64,000 bases of DNA, taken from the IMG/VR virus record IMGVR_UViG_3300027573_000779, positions 144,934 through 208,933 of that record; one strand, given 5' to 3'. Each line of letters begins with the position of its first letter. The stretch's first letter is position 1. The position numbers were made by a program, and so were the translations under genes. Shown piece after piece: positions 1 to 11,483 of the stretch. The notes beneath the pieces are model-generated. The model did not search any database. It had not been told where the DNA came from and saw only the letters and a program-made list of their open reading frames with translations.

Positions 1-515
1 TGACCGAACCGCGTAAGAATAGTAACTATTTCATTGTGTCCAGAATTTTGACACTCATCGTAGATAAAGCATTTGGCGTTCCAACTCATTCCTCTAGCAT
101 AATTAGGAGGATAAGAAAAAACCCTTTTCTCTTTTTCTAATGCTTTGACTTGATGTTTAGGCAGAAGTTCTTCAAGTTTGTCCGTAAAAGGAAGGTTATA
201 AAAATAAAATTTATCTGAAACCTCTCCGGGTAAAAAACCGATTTTAAAACTAGAACTTTCAACAGCAGAGCGAATATAAATAAGTTCCGAAACTCGTTTT
301 TGGTCAAGAAGTTTTAATCCGCAATAAACCGCCAAAAGCGTCTTACTTGTCCCTGCTGGACCCGACACAAATATAACTTTAGTGTTTTTATCTAACGCAA
401 TATCTATAAACTCTTTTTGCTTTTTAGTCCATTTAAATTCGCGTATATCAAGGTTTTCCTTAAGCTTGTCCCTTTGATAAACATAGAGAGACTCATCCGT
501 TTTCTTTTCTTTCAT
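1..515 (-). CDS. phoH: PhoH-like ATPase (partial, runs off window start; not in ORF track)
   Basis: Manual translation from ATG at 515: MKEKKTDES...VIFVSGPAGTSKTLLA...IYIRSAVES...IGFLPGE...ARGMSW...IYDECQN. Shows Walker A, GFLPG, RG and DEcQN motifs of PhoH. Confidence 0.9.
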   Translation of the reverse strand, partial: MKEKKTDESLYVYQRDKLKENLDIREFKWTKKQKEFIDIALDKNTKVIFVSGPAGTSKTLLAVYCGLKLLDQKRVSELIYIRSAVESSSFKIGFLPGEVSDKFYFYNLPFTDKLEELLPKHQVKALEKEKRVFSYPPNYARGMSWNAKCFIYDECQNSGHNEIVTILTRFG

Positions 516-542
516 ATTAAAGAACTACACTATGTATTACAC

Positions 543-1691
543 CTACCTAAACAGCATAGTTCCTTTATTCTCCTCGTGAAAAGTTTCAAAGTCCAAATTA
601 TAAATATCGGCAATAGACATTCCCTCCCGGTCAATATGGTTAACATTCTTGCCTAGTTTTTGCGCCAATGTTACTGATTTATCATAAGACAGCTTTTTAA
701 ACTCATATTCAACCTTCAAGCGCCCCTTCCGAAGCAGCGCTCTATCAATTGATTCTTTTTTGGCATTAAAAGTAACTATAATAGAAGTGTTTAAAATTGA
801 ACCCACAATGCCATCAGTTAAATTTAAAACGGTGCTGATGAGAGAATTGTTGCTTCCATCACGTTCCAAAACCGCTTTTTCGGCATCCTCTAAAATCAAA
901 ACAACATTGTTATTATCAGTTAATAATCTAATAAAATCAGGCTCAATTAAAGCATTAACCATATTGGTTGGCACGAATATAAATTTTCGTTGAACACACT
1001 TGGTAAGATGTTTAAGATAGCTGGTTTTTCCTGTGCCGGGGTCGCCGTGAAAAATATACAAACCAGACCGACTGGTGTTTAGGCGCTCAACAATTGAATT
1101 ATGAACATCAATAAATCCTTCTGGATAATTTAATTCTAAGTTAGTGTTTAGGTCGTCAAGAGGAAAATTACTTACTGCTAAGTTTCCAGAATGTCCCTTA
1201 ATTAAAAGACTAACTTCGGAGCGGTTTTTAGGAACAATTGGAAAACGTTCATTTAGTTTATTAAAAATATCAAAAAAATAAACGTCATCAACGCAAATAT
1301 CCAAACTATATTCACTCGCTTTCCCATGATTATTAACATTGAGTTTTAACAAACAATTCCCCTTTTTGTACTTACAAAAAAACACTTCATAAAAAGAACG
1401 GTTTTCGTCATCAGTAAAAATAGCCTGCGTTAAATTATCTGATTTGTTTGTATCACAATTAGATATAGTTTTTTCGCTTCGACTGTTCTTTACAATACTC
1501 CATATTTCAAAATCCTCCCCATCTAATATATGTTTAAAAAGCTCTTCGCTTATATCATTAAAAAAGTAGGTACTTGGTAAAGTTTTATAAAAACATTCAA
1601 ATAAATAGGGCAAACTAATATCACCTAAACTGGCATTATAATAATCAAAAAACTGAAAACTCTTATCCAAAGTTACTTTTTTAATTTCCAT
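543..1691 (-). CDS. AAA+ ATPase
   Basis: Walker A GDPGTGKT, Walker B LILEDAE, LNLTDG, and IDRALLRKGRL second region of homology. Confidence 0.9.
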   Translation of the reverse strand: MEIKKVTLDKSFQFFDYYNASLGDISLPYLFECFYKTLPSTYFFNDISEELFKHILDGEDFEIWSIVKNSRSEKTISNCDTNKSDNLTQAIFTDDENRSFYEVFFCKYKKGNCLLKLNVNNHGKASEYSLDICVDDVYFFDIFNKLNERFPIVPKNRSEVSLLIKGHSGNLAVSNFPLDDLNTNLELNYPEGFIDVHNSIVERLNTSRSGLYIFHGDPGTGKTSYLKHLTKCVQRKFIFVPTNMVNALIEPDFIRLLTDNNNVVLILEDAEKAVLERDGSNNSLISTVLNLTDGIVGSILNTSIIVTFNAKKESIDRALLRKGRLKVEYEFKKLSYDKSVTLAQKLGKNVNHIDREGMSIADIYNLDFETFHEENKGTMLFR

Positions 1692-2197
1692 TGTTAATAA
1701 TCTACTAAAATCTTTAATTTTTTGTCAATTGACAAATGCACCAAACCCTTCATAAAATTAAGAACATGGGTAAATGCGCTAAATGTGATAAAAGAGTTGG
1801 TTTAAACGAAAGTTTTTTAATTGAGTTCACGGCTGAAACTTCGGTCTGGTATCTCAACAAAAAACACTCAAACCGTTTTACGTTTTCAAACATGCTTTGT
1901 GCGGTTTGCGCCCAAAGAGAACTGAACAATGAAACTGCTAACCCTAACGGATGCAACGTTTTACGTAAAAGGGTTACCTGTAATTGTTGCAACGAAGAAA
2001 TTATGACCACCAACCACAAATGTCCCCAAATCCCGCTTTTTACATGATTGACAACCCAAAAAAACATAGTATCATAGCTAGAAAGGTGCAAACCTTTAAT
2101 CATATCACTAATCGTTGGGTAACATTCATATACTTGGATAAACGTGAAAAGTTCGACCCAAAGAACTATTTGGAACAAAATTTCAAATGGCGCATTA

Positions 2198-2410
2198 TTA
2201 AAGAGGTTGTGGAACAGCCTTGGAAAGCTGGCGCTTGACCAGCACTTTTTTAATTAATCGTTCCTTATGCTTTTGATAAAAAGCTTTTTGTTTTACCTTC
2301 ATACAACCAATACAGTGATACTGAAGACCATCTTTGGTCCCGGCCTGTTTGCGGAACTCGGTAAGAGGTTTCTCCCTCCAACATTTTGTGCAAGTTTTAA
2401 AGATTTCCAC
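2198..2410 (-). CDS. Small Zn-finger protein (HNH-associated N-terminal type)
   Basis: KTCTKC..KPLTEF....GLQYHCIGC; GTGTAA lies 8 nt upstream of the GTG start. Confidence 0.55.
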   Translation of the reverse strand: MEIFKTCTKCWREKPLTEFRKQAGTKDGLQYHCIGCMKVKQKAFYQKHKERLIKKVLVKRQLSKAVPQPL

Positions 2411-2609
2411 ACTACTCTTTACACATGATTGCGATTTTTGGCATTTATTGCTTGATTGGCCTGTTATATTCGGTTGTCTCTATTATCTGCCAAAGAAAGA
2501 AGCTGTTGATGTATGAAACATCTAAAGTTTTTCTTGTCCTTTCAATAGTTGTTTTTGGAACGTTTTTGTGGCCAATTGTGGTCTACTGGAAATTTAAAAA
2601 TTTACAACG

Positions 2610-4739
2610 TTGATGAAAACAAGAAAGCTTGTAGAACTTGATAATCAAATTAAAGCTTCTATCTTACAACAAGCTATGTCACAACAAGCCAATGAAAACT
2701 TAGTAAATAAGATTCATACAATTTATAATAATATTTCCCATGACATTTGGACAAATTTAGGCTCTCAAATATTTTTGTGTGCTTCCTCAACTTTTAAAGA
2801 GGACCAGTTAATCAAACAAACAAATGACTATTGAATCCTACTACTTAATCAAGGAAGAAGCGCTTTCTGCGCTCCAAAACGAAGTAAACAAGTATATTAA
2901 AGCGGGTTTTGAGCCGCATGGGTCGCTTGCGATTCGAGTTTTGGGCGCTAACAGTTACTTTTACATCCAACCAATGATAAAATATAATTCTTTTTGTAAA
3001 CAAAAAAAGAGCCATGAATTTAGTTAAAATTTATAAAACTATAGTAATAGGTCAAATTTACAAAACGGCTAATTTACTCAACTGTCAGATTTTTGAACAA
3101 ACAAAACTAACACTACCTCCTACATTCCCCCCCCTTCCCTTTGAGATTAAACGAGAAATTCGTAATCAACTTCATGACCAGTTTAAAAAAGAAATTTTTA
3201 GATAATTTTTTAGTTGTAATGACTTCAGAAATTAAAATACATAGAGTTGTTCGTGAACAACTTGATGGCAAATTAGATTGGAAAATAACTCCCATCTTTT
3301 CTATGTTTTCGAACAATCGTGAAATAATACAAAAGCAAATAGAAGAGGTGTTGGATGAAGTATTTTAATTTAGTATATAGCGAAATGAGAAAAATAGATG
3401 ACTCGTTTAACGATTCTATTTCAACTCAAAGTTTGCACTATCCACAGTCATGGATTATTTATATAAAGCTTGACCGCGAAATAATAGCACGTGTCGGAAT
3501 GCCAATTAAACTATTAATGGAGGAGGCTCTAGATGGACTCTTTACAAGATAAAATAAATAACATAAAACAACCAATACTCAACTCTATTGTGCTTCAAGG
3601 ATATAGATATCCTAAAACCAATTCAGGGACGTATTTATCGCTTTGCGATGAGACAATAAATAATTATCGAATCCAAATTGAAGAGCAAATGTTAATTGAA
3701 ACACAAATGTTTAAATGAACCGTTTAAAAAACCTTAATTTAAAAAACCTTAATATAGTATTTAATAAGATGACTGAAATAGATGCGTTGCTTGCTAAATC
3801 TATTAATTTTACATATTCAACTCGCCCCTCAGAAATTTATCTTGAAATTGACAACGAAACAGCAAGTATCAAATTTCCAGTTTGTCAAAATTGTGTTTTT
3901 GAAAATGTTTTTATAAATGAATAATCAGTTTACATTAGTTTTCAGCGCCCAAGAGAAGGAGGAGCTTCTTGAAATCTTTAAAAACCATCCTAAATGGCAA
4001 GAAAAAATTAAAAATTCAAGTAATTCTTTCGTGTGGGAAAACATTATAACTTATCAAGGTTGCGCCGATAGGGGGTTTTGTTTTAAATGTAATATCTTTC
4101 TAGCTGATACATTGTGTTTTTGCGGAGGGGGTTTTTGCCCCAAGTGTGGCGGCTATGTAGCTATGTAGTCCCGCGCTCTTCTCCTGAGAAACTTGATGGT
4201 ATTTTTGAAGTCCATTATACCAACAGTAACATAAAACCCATTAAACAAAGGTTTGAAAATGGTCAGTGGAAGGAAACAATTACTTGATATGAAAAAACGC
4301 GATTATGTGGCTATTCATTATGTGACTGCCCACCTTCTTTCTAAAATTACATCGTTTACCGGTTTAATAGAAAATAAATGTACCTATAATCCCAAAATAG
4401 AAGCTCTTTACTATAAAATAGGAGAAGCCTCAAATCGAGGCGCAGTTTCCAATTTTTGTATGAAGTTTTTTAGAAATGCTAACATTTTCAATAGAAACAA
4501 AAAAACACAGTTGTAAATATGGAGACCGTATGATGGATATTATTAATCCAGACGAAATAGAAGAGCGGGTTTTTGGAAATATTTTTGGTAAAATATTCAG
4601 TCGCATTGAAATGCCAATAATGGAATCAATTGAAAAACAAATTTTATTACCCGTTGAAAACATAAGAAAGGATATTGAAACGGCAACACTTGAATTTATT
4701 GTTAATAATGTGGTTGATAATAGCCCTTTTATAAACTAA
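2610..4739 (+). CDS. Cluster of short (55-90 aa) Q/I/N-rich helical hypothetical ORFs; several resemble highly diverged members of the QVWD mini-protein family
   Basis: Overlapping ATGA-coupled ORFs with segments such as IWTNLGSQIF, QIFEQ..IRNQLHDQ, IQKQIEEV and IMESIEKQI. Confidence 0.45.
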
Positions 4740-4746
4740 AAAAACA

Positions 4747-4752
4747 GTGTAA
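4747..4752 (+). promoter_or_regulatory. GTGTAA promoter-like element (class II), 8 nt before subtilase ATG
   Basis: The same hexamer lies at the same 8-nt spacing before several other genes (2410, 51974, 57304, 62832). Confidence 0.65.
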
Positions 4753-4760
4753 TAGCTTTT

Positions 4761-6857
4761 ATGAGTAAGCTATTACTAGTTTTGTGTTTTTTAACTTTCT
4801 TTGGTTTTAATGTAAACGCTCAACAAGCTTGGATAGGCAAGTTTAAAGAGAATGGCGGCAATGGTTTAGCGGGAGAAATTGTTAATTCGCGTCACTTAAA
4901 GCACCTTGATTTGCATAGGTTTGAATTTAAAAACACCGAAGTAGCAGAAAAACTCCTTTCTAGTGGCCGATTTGAGTTTTTGGAGCCAGATGAAGAAATC
5001 TCTATAAGCGCTATACCAAATGACACTTTTATATCTTCTCAGTGGGCAATTACCAACATAGAAGCTGACTTAGGATGGGACATTTCAACGGGTTCTGATG
5101 AGATTGTTGTAGCTGTTGTAGATACGGGCATTTGGACCCAACACAGCGATTTAACCAATAATCTTTGGAAAGACCCTCTCTCGGGCGCAAGCGGTTGGAC
5201 TGCAAGAGGAGGGGTATTAACTGAAGGGGTCACAGATGACCATGGACATGGTACGCATGTCGCGGGAATTATTGGCGCAACAGGTAATAACAATAAAGGT
5301 GTTGCTGGTTTAAACTGGAAAGTGAAACTTGCGGGGTTTAAGTTTATAGGTTCAAGTGGAACGGGCAGCAGAGGAGACGCTTTTTTGTGTCTTGATAAGA
5401 TAATTGAATTAAAGAAACGAGGTATTAACATTAGAGTTGTAAACAACTCATGGGGGAGCACGAGTAAAGATTATACCTTATCTTTGGCAGCAGCTTTTAA
5501 AAAGCTAGAAGAAAACAACATCCTTGCAGTAAATGCCGCAGGTAATGAAAGTCAAAATGGTGACATTAACAGTTTTATGCCAGCTAACCTTACCAATAAT
5601 AATGTCATTTCAGTTATGGCTAGCACCCCCTTTAATAAGAAAGCATCTTTCTCCAACTTCGGGTATACCAGCGTTGATATTGCTGCTCCGGGTTCTAGTA
5701 TCTTAAGCACTGTGCCACAAATAAAAGCCGCTTTAGGAACTTCTACAGGTTATAAAATGGCTAGCGGAACGTCTATGGCCGCTCCTCATGTAGCTGGACT
5801 TGCTGCTTTAGTTTTATCTTTAAATCCTTATTTAACAGTTGACCAAGTTAAAGAAGTTATTTTAAATAATGCTAGTTATGATTTAATGGATAGTCCCACC
5901 AAAAGTCAAACAGGCGGCAAAATCAACGTTAAAAAAACTTTATCGAACCCTCTTGTTTATCGACCAGAGAAGAACCATAGTCCTGTTTTATTTGTTAAAT
6001 ATCCTACCAATGTTGTAGGGGGGCAAAGAATTACAATTTACGCATCTGCGATTGACCCGGACGGCGACCCTGTTAAAATTATTATCTCACCACTTGATAC
6101 ACTTTTTCGAGAAAAAACAAGCACAAACGCTGCCGGAACCAATGTTTCGTTTCTTTCACCTAAATATGTGATTGATTATGTTTGTAAAGCGCGAATTATA
6201 GCATTAGATAATAACGGTTCGTCCGCTGAACAATATATAAATATCAATATCCTTAAAAATGGTATTTATGCGCCAACATTTGGTTTAGAAACTGTTGTTA
6301 TAAATAATCCTACTAATTCTCTGCATCCTATTGCTCGCGCCTGCTTAACCGAAGGAAGTATTATACCTCAGAAGTTAACATATGGTTATCTTTTTGGATT
6401 AAACGGTGGAGTTCAGGCTAATACTAGTTTTTTTGGAACTTTAACCAATTGTGCCAGCAAAACCGCCACATATGCCAACGGCATTTCAAATAAATCAATA
6501 GTTGTTTATACTATAGCAGAGACTCCTAAAAAAGAGTTAGTTTATTCTCCTTATACTTATTTTAGAGTCGGCACAGAAACTAGCTCTACTACTCAAGCGC
6601 CCATTATAGACCTTAAACTGAGCGCCCAATCTGGTTACGGCCCTTTGAACATAGCCTTTGATTTTAGTGGATGTAAAGACCTTTATGGACCTGTAACTTT
6701 TATAATCGACAAAGAATCCAATGGCCAGCGCGTTTATATTCCCGAAAAAGGAACGTTGACCTATCCTAATGTGGGCACTTTCAAGTCAAGATTGACAGTG
6801 CAGGGAAAATATTTTAGTGTGTCGGCATGGTTTTACGTAACTGTGTTAACACAATAA
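4761..6857 (+). CDS. Secreted S8 (subtilisin-like) serine peptidase with C-terminal Ig/PKD-like extension
   Basis: N-terminal signal peptide; catalytic motifs VVDTG, HGTHVAG, AAGN, GTSMAAPHV. Confidence 0.93.
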   Translation: MSKLLLVLCFLTFFGFNVNAQQAWIGKFKENGGNGLAGEIVNSRHLKHLDLHRFEFKNTEVAEKLLSSGRFEFLEPDEEISISAIPNDTFISSQWAITNIEADLGWDISTGSDEIVVAVVDTGIWTQHSDLTNNLWKDPLSGASGWTARGGVLTEGVTDDHGHGTHVAGIIGATGNNNKGVAGLNWKVKLAGFKFIGSSGTGSRGDAFLCLDKIIELKKRGINIRVVNNSWGSTSKDYTLSLAAAFKKLEENNILAVNAAGNESQNGDINSFMPANLTNNNVISVMASTPFNKKASFSNFGYTSVDIAAPGSSILSTVPQIKAALGTSTGYKMASGTSMAAPHVAGLAALVLSLNPYLTVDQVKEVILNNASYDLMDSPTKSQTGGKINVKKTLSNPLVYRPEKNHSPVLFVKYPTNVVGGQRITIYASAIDPDGDPVKIIISPLDTLFREKTSTNAAGTNVSFLSPKYVIDYVCKARIIALDNNGSSAEQYININILKNGIYAPTFGLETVVINNPTNSLHPIARACLTEGSIIPQKLTYGYLFGLNGGVQANTSFFGTLTNCASKTATYANGISNKSIVVYTIAETPKKELVYSPYTYFRVGTETSSTTQAPIIDLKLSAQSGYGPLNIAFDFSGCKDLYGPVTFIIDKESNGQRVYIPEKGTLTYPNVGTFKSRLTVQGKYFSVSAWFYVTVLTQ

Positions 6858-7072
6858 AAAACATATGAACGTTCACGAAGCTCTTGTGAAATTAAAAGCA
6901 GGTGGATATGTAAAATGCCCCAAGGAATATGTTGGACTTTTTAGGTGGTATGCTGGAAAAATAACTTTTACTTGTCCTGACAATTGCTGTGAATGGGATT
7001 ACACAGAAGAAGAGTTTTTGGAACGAGAAAAAAATTCAGAGTTCGAGGAGCTTTAAAGAGTAAACTCCCGCC

Positions 7073-7100
7073 TTGACAAAACAAAAAAACCTGTTATCCT
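7073..7100 (+). promoter_or_regulatory. Sigma70-like promoter TTGACA-N16-TATCCT, ATG 6 nt downstream (leaderless type)
   Basis: Read directly from the sequence; ATG at 7107. Confidence 0.75.
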
Positions 7101-7106
7101 GTCTTT

Positions 7107-7460
7107 ATGAATAGACGCGGTTTTTTTACGGATTTAGCCTCAGGGTTGATTGTGTCGGCTGCACCGACAATTTTCGCGCCTCAACTCATTAAGCCAATCT
7201 GGAAGCCTTTCAGGTATATCCGCGCAGGGGAGTATATTCGGGTCAACAGACAAAATGTAATTGAAATGGGAGAAATGTTTCATGACCGATTAGCCAATAA
7301 ACTTATACGTAACCCTCTACCTAACTTGTTTGAAATAAATCAAGTGGCGGGTATGACGTGGTATAAACCACGCTTCTATAGTAACACTCCTGTTCTGACT
7401 GAATTAGACATTGTCAATTCTATTATATCTGAATATACAATGGTCGAACTACGTGATTAA
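7107..7460 (+). CDS. Hypothetical protein with twin-arginine (Tat-like) N-terminus
   Basis: MNRRGFFTDLASGLIVSAAP. Confidence 0.5.
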   Translation: MNRRGFFTDLASGLIVSAAPTIFAPQLIKPIWKPFRYIRAGEYIRVNRQNVIEMGEMFHDRLANKLIRNPLPNLFEINQVAGMTWYKPRFYSNTPVLTELDIVNSIISEYTMVELRD

Positions 7461-7797
7461 CATGACTAAAACTTACCGGCTAAAGTTGGACGACAAATAT
7501 TTTGACTATTGTTATAGGGGTCAGATGTTTTGTTGCTGTGATTTTATAGAACGAATTTTTGGGTCTTTGCCCCCTAAGATAACACTCGCCGCTTCAACAA
7601 CAAAAAAACAGGGCACTAGAATTTATGTCAAAAAACAGATATGCGAAGAGGAGACGTTTTGGTGGTGGCGGCACGACTGGGAAAGTAAAACAACAATATA
7701 TACTCTGTCTGGTTGTGTTGAGGAAAAGTTAACCAAGCTGTTTCCGAATGTTAAAGTAGGGGAGCAGATTGCTGTTTGGGTGAACGTTACAAAATAA
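7411..7797 (+). CDS. Hypothetical, CxxFV-P paralog family member 1
   Basis: Aligns by eye with 8042..8404, 29051..29383 and 59823..60239. Confidence 0.6.
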   Translation: MSILLYLNIQWSNYVINMTKTYRLKLDDKYFDYCYRGQMFCCCDFIERIFGSLPPKITLAASTTKKQGTRIYVKKQICEEETFWWWRHDWESKTTIYTLSGCVEEKLTKLFPNVKVGEQIAVWVNVTK

Positions 7798-8041
7798 TTT
7801 ATAATGAAAAGCCAACTCGTTTTTAACATCTTAAAAAGGCCATTTCCTAAATTAATGCAAATGAAAAGAAAGAATTATATTGTTCTTTTTGAAAAAGATA
7901 GTTGCGGCACTGTAATACATGCCCCTTTAACCCCTCCAGACTGCCAATCTTATAGTTTAGGATATTATGCCGATAATTGGGCTATGGAAGGCTTTGAAGA
8001 AATGCCGGAAGGAACTCAGGTTGTAATTTCAATATAAGGAG

Positions 8042-8404
8042 ATGAAAATTTTTGAACTTGCTCTTTCGGAGTCTAATTATTGGGTATACGCAGAAAGAAA
8101 TGGAGAAAAAAAGTTACTGCGAGCATTATGCGCAAATTTTGTCTGGCAATTAATTGAAGGAAAACCTGAAAAGATAAGGGTCACTGTCGATACCCAACCG
8201 ATTGAAGGGGCAAAAAAGCTTAAAGTTTGGCCAAACTTTTATGGTTGGTGTTGGTCAAATCCCGAGATGAATTTTACGATGCAAACTGATACTGCGCCAG
8301 TATATACATATGCCTCAGAGGTACTGAATAATATCTTTGGACAACATGTTGGAAAACATAGTGACAACAGCTTTGATATTTGGCTCTTGATTGAACCATC
8401 ATAA
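8042..8404 (+). CDS. Hypothetical, CxxFV-P paralog family member 2
   Basis: ALCANFVWQLIEGKPEKIRVTV motif shared with paralogs. Confidence 0.6.
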   Translation: MKIFELALSESNYWVYAERNGEKKLLRALCANFVWQLIEGKPEKIRVTVDTQPIEGAKKLKVWPNFYGWCWSNPEMNFTMQTDTAPVYTYASEVLNNIFGQHVGKHSDNSFDIWLLIEPS

Positions 8405-9385
8405 ATAATGACCCTAGAACAAAAAACTAGAAGTTTATTAAGGCGAGTGCTGCGGCTTGACTGTTTATCTTCTGAGATTGATTATGAAGTGCAACTTTAC
8501 AAGCTCCAAAAAGAAGTTAGAAAACATTTAAAAGAATTGCCAAAGTTACGAAAATGTTTAGGTTGTGGTTTTGTGCATAACGGCGACTGCGCGACTATAT
8601 GAAAAACATAAAACTTATAAACATTGTTCAGGCTCTAGATAATGAAGTCGGTATTACTGATAAAGACATGGTTGAAACTATTAAGTTTTTAACTAACGTC
8701 CTTGATTCCAAAGATAGTGTTAAAAAGGTCTGGAAGCATGTTAAAGATGCATATGAATATGAGTTTTGTAAACCATCATGAAACAAACCGCTTTAGATAT
8801 CTTACTTACAGACCCTGAATTTTTGGCCGCTTTCGGCGCTTTTATTACTGGTATGATAATATATGTTGCTGTTATGTGGTATAGAGATTGGAGAAGAGAA
8901 AGATAAAACTTGTGAAAATTCAAATCGAAAAATCAGAAGGCCATTATAGGGCAGATTGTCTGGATTTGCCCGGAACTCCTCCTGTAGGATTAGGGGAAAC
9001 GCCAGAAATGGCCGTCGCCTGCTTATTTTATAGGATGATGTTTGAAAGTCCCGGTGGCCCAAACAGTTATCAAAGGTATCGTTGGTTTGATTCAATTGAA
9101 AAAGGCGAGCCTATTATTGTTAATGACAAGATGTGGAGCTATCCCCCTTCTTATTTAAAAGATTTGAGATAAAATTATGAGTAAATTGTATCAAATTTAT
9201 GAACATGATTTGGCTATTCTTGAAAGCGAGCTACCAAGGTTGTTAGAAAGGCCAAACTGCGATGATGTAATTGTGCGCAAAAGGTGGGAAGCCATAAAAA
9301 AGATTATTTGTGACATAAGATGGGATTATGGTCCACCGTTAGAGAGTTTTATTATAGAGGAATAATAATTGGTTTGTCCTCATGT

Positions 9386-9525
9386 TTTGAAAACACCTTT
9401 TAAAAAAGAGCGTCTGGCCGAAATTTTAACTTAGTAAATGGTTTGAAAACTCCACTTTTTAAAATGATGGGTGGGCTTTTATATACAAGAAAGAAAGACA
9501 ATATTTGAAAAGTCACCTTTTAAAA
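9386..9525. repeat. Three imperfect direct repeats TTTGAAAA-(c/g-rich)-TTTTAAAA in the convergent intergenic gap
   Basis: Copies at 9386-9405, 9442-9464 and 9504-9525, about 56-62 bp apart. Confidence 0.6.
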
Positions 9526-9638
9526 TAGGTAGTGGAACGAATTTAACCCCCCCGCGCCCAATTCCGCCATAAGCCTCCCTTACTTTTTCATTAACACCCC
9601 CCCGGTCGAACTTATACTGCCTTTTCGCGTCAAGGCAC

Positions 9639-9666
9639 AAAAAAAGCGAGCTTATTAGGCTCGCTT
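9639..9666 (-). terminator. Intrinsic terminator closing the - strand early block
   Basis: AAGCGAGC-N7-GCTCGCTT hairpin next to an A-run (U-tail on - strand). Confidence 0.7.
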
Positions 9667-10213
9667 GTAGTGTTTTTAAGCTAAATTAGTTTACTTTTCT
9701 GTGGGTGTTTGCTTCCTCATCCCAAACAAACAGGCTCTTGCCAAGTATCGTAATTGACCCATTGACGCATTAGGAGCTTGTGTGTGTCTTTGCTAATGGT
9801 TCCACCGTCAAGTAGGAATTTAATAAACTCTGCAATGGTCATTAAAGGATAATCTACTGGCATGTTGACTGCATTGTTATAAGTGGCAACGTAAACGCCT
9901 ACAATGGCGCTTGCCCTATCGAGGTCAAGATATTGATTATTCATGGTCTAATCCTTTCAGATTAATGGGTTTACTTGGCTTCTGGAAAGGTCATCCAGAG
10001 CTTATGCAAAGCAGTCATAGTATTAGAGAAACCTTGACACACATCGTCAACCAAATAGAACTGTAGCTTGCCAAGGTCTGTATCTATTTCCATTCCTTCA
10101 CTGCTAGGTATTTGAGAACAAACCCTAGCGCCAACCGTATTGAATTTCTCCATGAGGGTTTTGACTTCTCCCCTAAGAGCTTTGATATCGTCTTTTATAG
10201 AATTCATGCCACA

Positions 10214-10241
10214 ATCCTACTCTACACCTGCCTAAATGCAA
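10214..10241 (-). promoter_or_regulatory. Leaderless-type promoter TTGCAT-N16-TAGGAT-N6-ATG
   Basis: ATG at 10207. Confidence 0.65.
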
Positions 10242-10243
10242 AC

Positions 10244-10270
10244 AAAAAAGGGAGGATTTTTTCTCCTCCC
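10244..10270 (-). terminator. Intrinsic terminator
   Basis: GGGAGGA/TCCTCCC stem next to an A-run, downstream of 10293..11483. Confidence 0.65.
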
Positions 10271-10292
10271 TATATTGCTCTCCTACAATGAC

Positions 10293-11483
10293 TTAGGAAT
10301 TAATCACTAGTCTACTTACCTTGGTTTGTTTGTTCCCCTTCCATTCTTCATGAGCCTTAACTGTAAAAGTAGCATTGACCATGGTACCCATAGGCACATT
10401 GACGTTTGTTCCACTCTTCCAGATAAGCCTAGAGCCATCATTAGCGCTAAAGGAGTGTATATAGGTGTAACCGTAAGCAGAATCAAACCCAGTAGACTTT
10501 AGGTAGGTTATTGGCTCATTCTTAACCCGTTTACCGACTAGTCCAAAGTAGTTTTGAGTAGCTGCAATCCTAGCTCTTTCAATTGAACGCGCATAGAACT
10601 CAGGGACAAAGGCCAGAATACCCGTATTTTTCCATTCTACAGCCTCACACTTGCAAACTACTAACAGACTATGCTCAAAATCTGTAATGGCCTCAGAGTC
10701 TTTGTTTTCTAGGGTCTCAATAACATACTCCTTTGCCTTACTAGCTAGAATAATATCGCAATCCTCTGGTCTATGGTAGTCAACGCCCAATCTCCAATCT
10801 TTTGCAGGGTGCATCCAGTCAGACGCCCTATCCTTAGTAGCAATACCTAGGGTTTCTTGTGCTTTCTTGCTCCCTATAAACCCAAAAAACCTTATAACGC
10901 ACGCTGCATAGGCCAGAAAACTCTCTACGTGACACAGTGAACGCCCGCAACCATACCCACCTAAGCCTTCTGATATTTCGCAAGCTTCTCTAAGTGAGAA
11001 GGCTAATTCTGCCATAGCTGCCAATCTTTCGGGACTATTGTGTCCCAAAAAATCACGTAAGCAATTGCGCCCTACCATCTTACGTGAACCGTCATCATGC
11101 AAAACAATAAAGGTTTCTATCCTATATCTAGCTTGCTTGCAATGGTCACAGTGTTGCGCACCCGTTCTAAACTCTCCTAATTCCGCCTCAATTCCGGGTG
11201 CTTTCCTTAGGATGTTTCCTTCCTCTGTATGCTCTACTACAGCCGCAAGCGTCCAACCATTAAACTTAGGCGCTTCCCCAGAGACTTCTACAAAATGATA
11301 TCTATCTACTCTGACAACTAGGCCAGAAATATCGTCCTTAATCTGTATGTCCTCCGTTCTGCCCGTCTCATTAAAGACAATTAAAGGGCAACCCAGTTTG
11401 ATAGCTTTCTTGTTAAGCTTGGCAATTTGCTCCCTAAGAGAGTAAAGGTTGCCCGAATAGACTCTATAAACGTTAGAATTCAT
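10293..11483 (-). CDS. Conserved phage hypothetical with Zn-binding CxxC...VGxxC motif and C-terminal OB-like domain
   Basis: CDHC...VGRNCLRDFLG; C-terminal TVKAHEEWKGNKQTKVSR. Confidence 0.6.
   Translation of the reverse strand: MNSNVYRVYSGNLYSLREQIAKLNKKAIKLGCPLIVFNETGRTEDIQIKDDISGLVVRVDRYHFVEVSGEAPKFNGWTLAAVVEHTEEGNILRKAPGIEAELGEFRTGAQHCDHCKQARYRIETFIVLHDDGSRKMVGRNCLRDFLGHNSPERLAAMAELAFSLREACEISEGLGGYGCGRSLCHVESFLAYAACVIRFFGFIGSKKAQETLGIATKDRASDWMHPAKDWRLGVDYHRPEDCDIILASKAKEYVIETLENKDSEAITDFEHSLLVVCKCEAVEWKNTGILAFVPEFYARSIERARIAATQNYFGLVGKRVKNEPITYLKSTGFDSAYGYTYIHSFSANDGSRLIWKSGTNVNVPMGTMVNATFTVKAHEEWKGNKQTKVSRLVINS

Noticed and set aside
417-5461. Antisense ORFs over phoH, AAA ATPase and subtilase (417..656, 760..993, 5039..5461)
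   Set aside because: They lie opposite well-supported genes and have no motifs.
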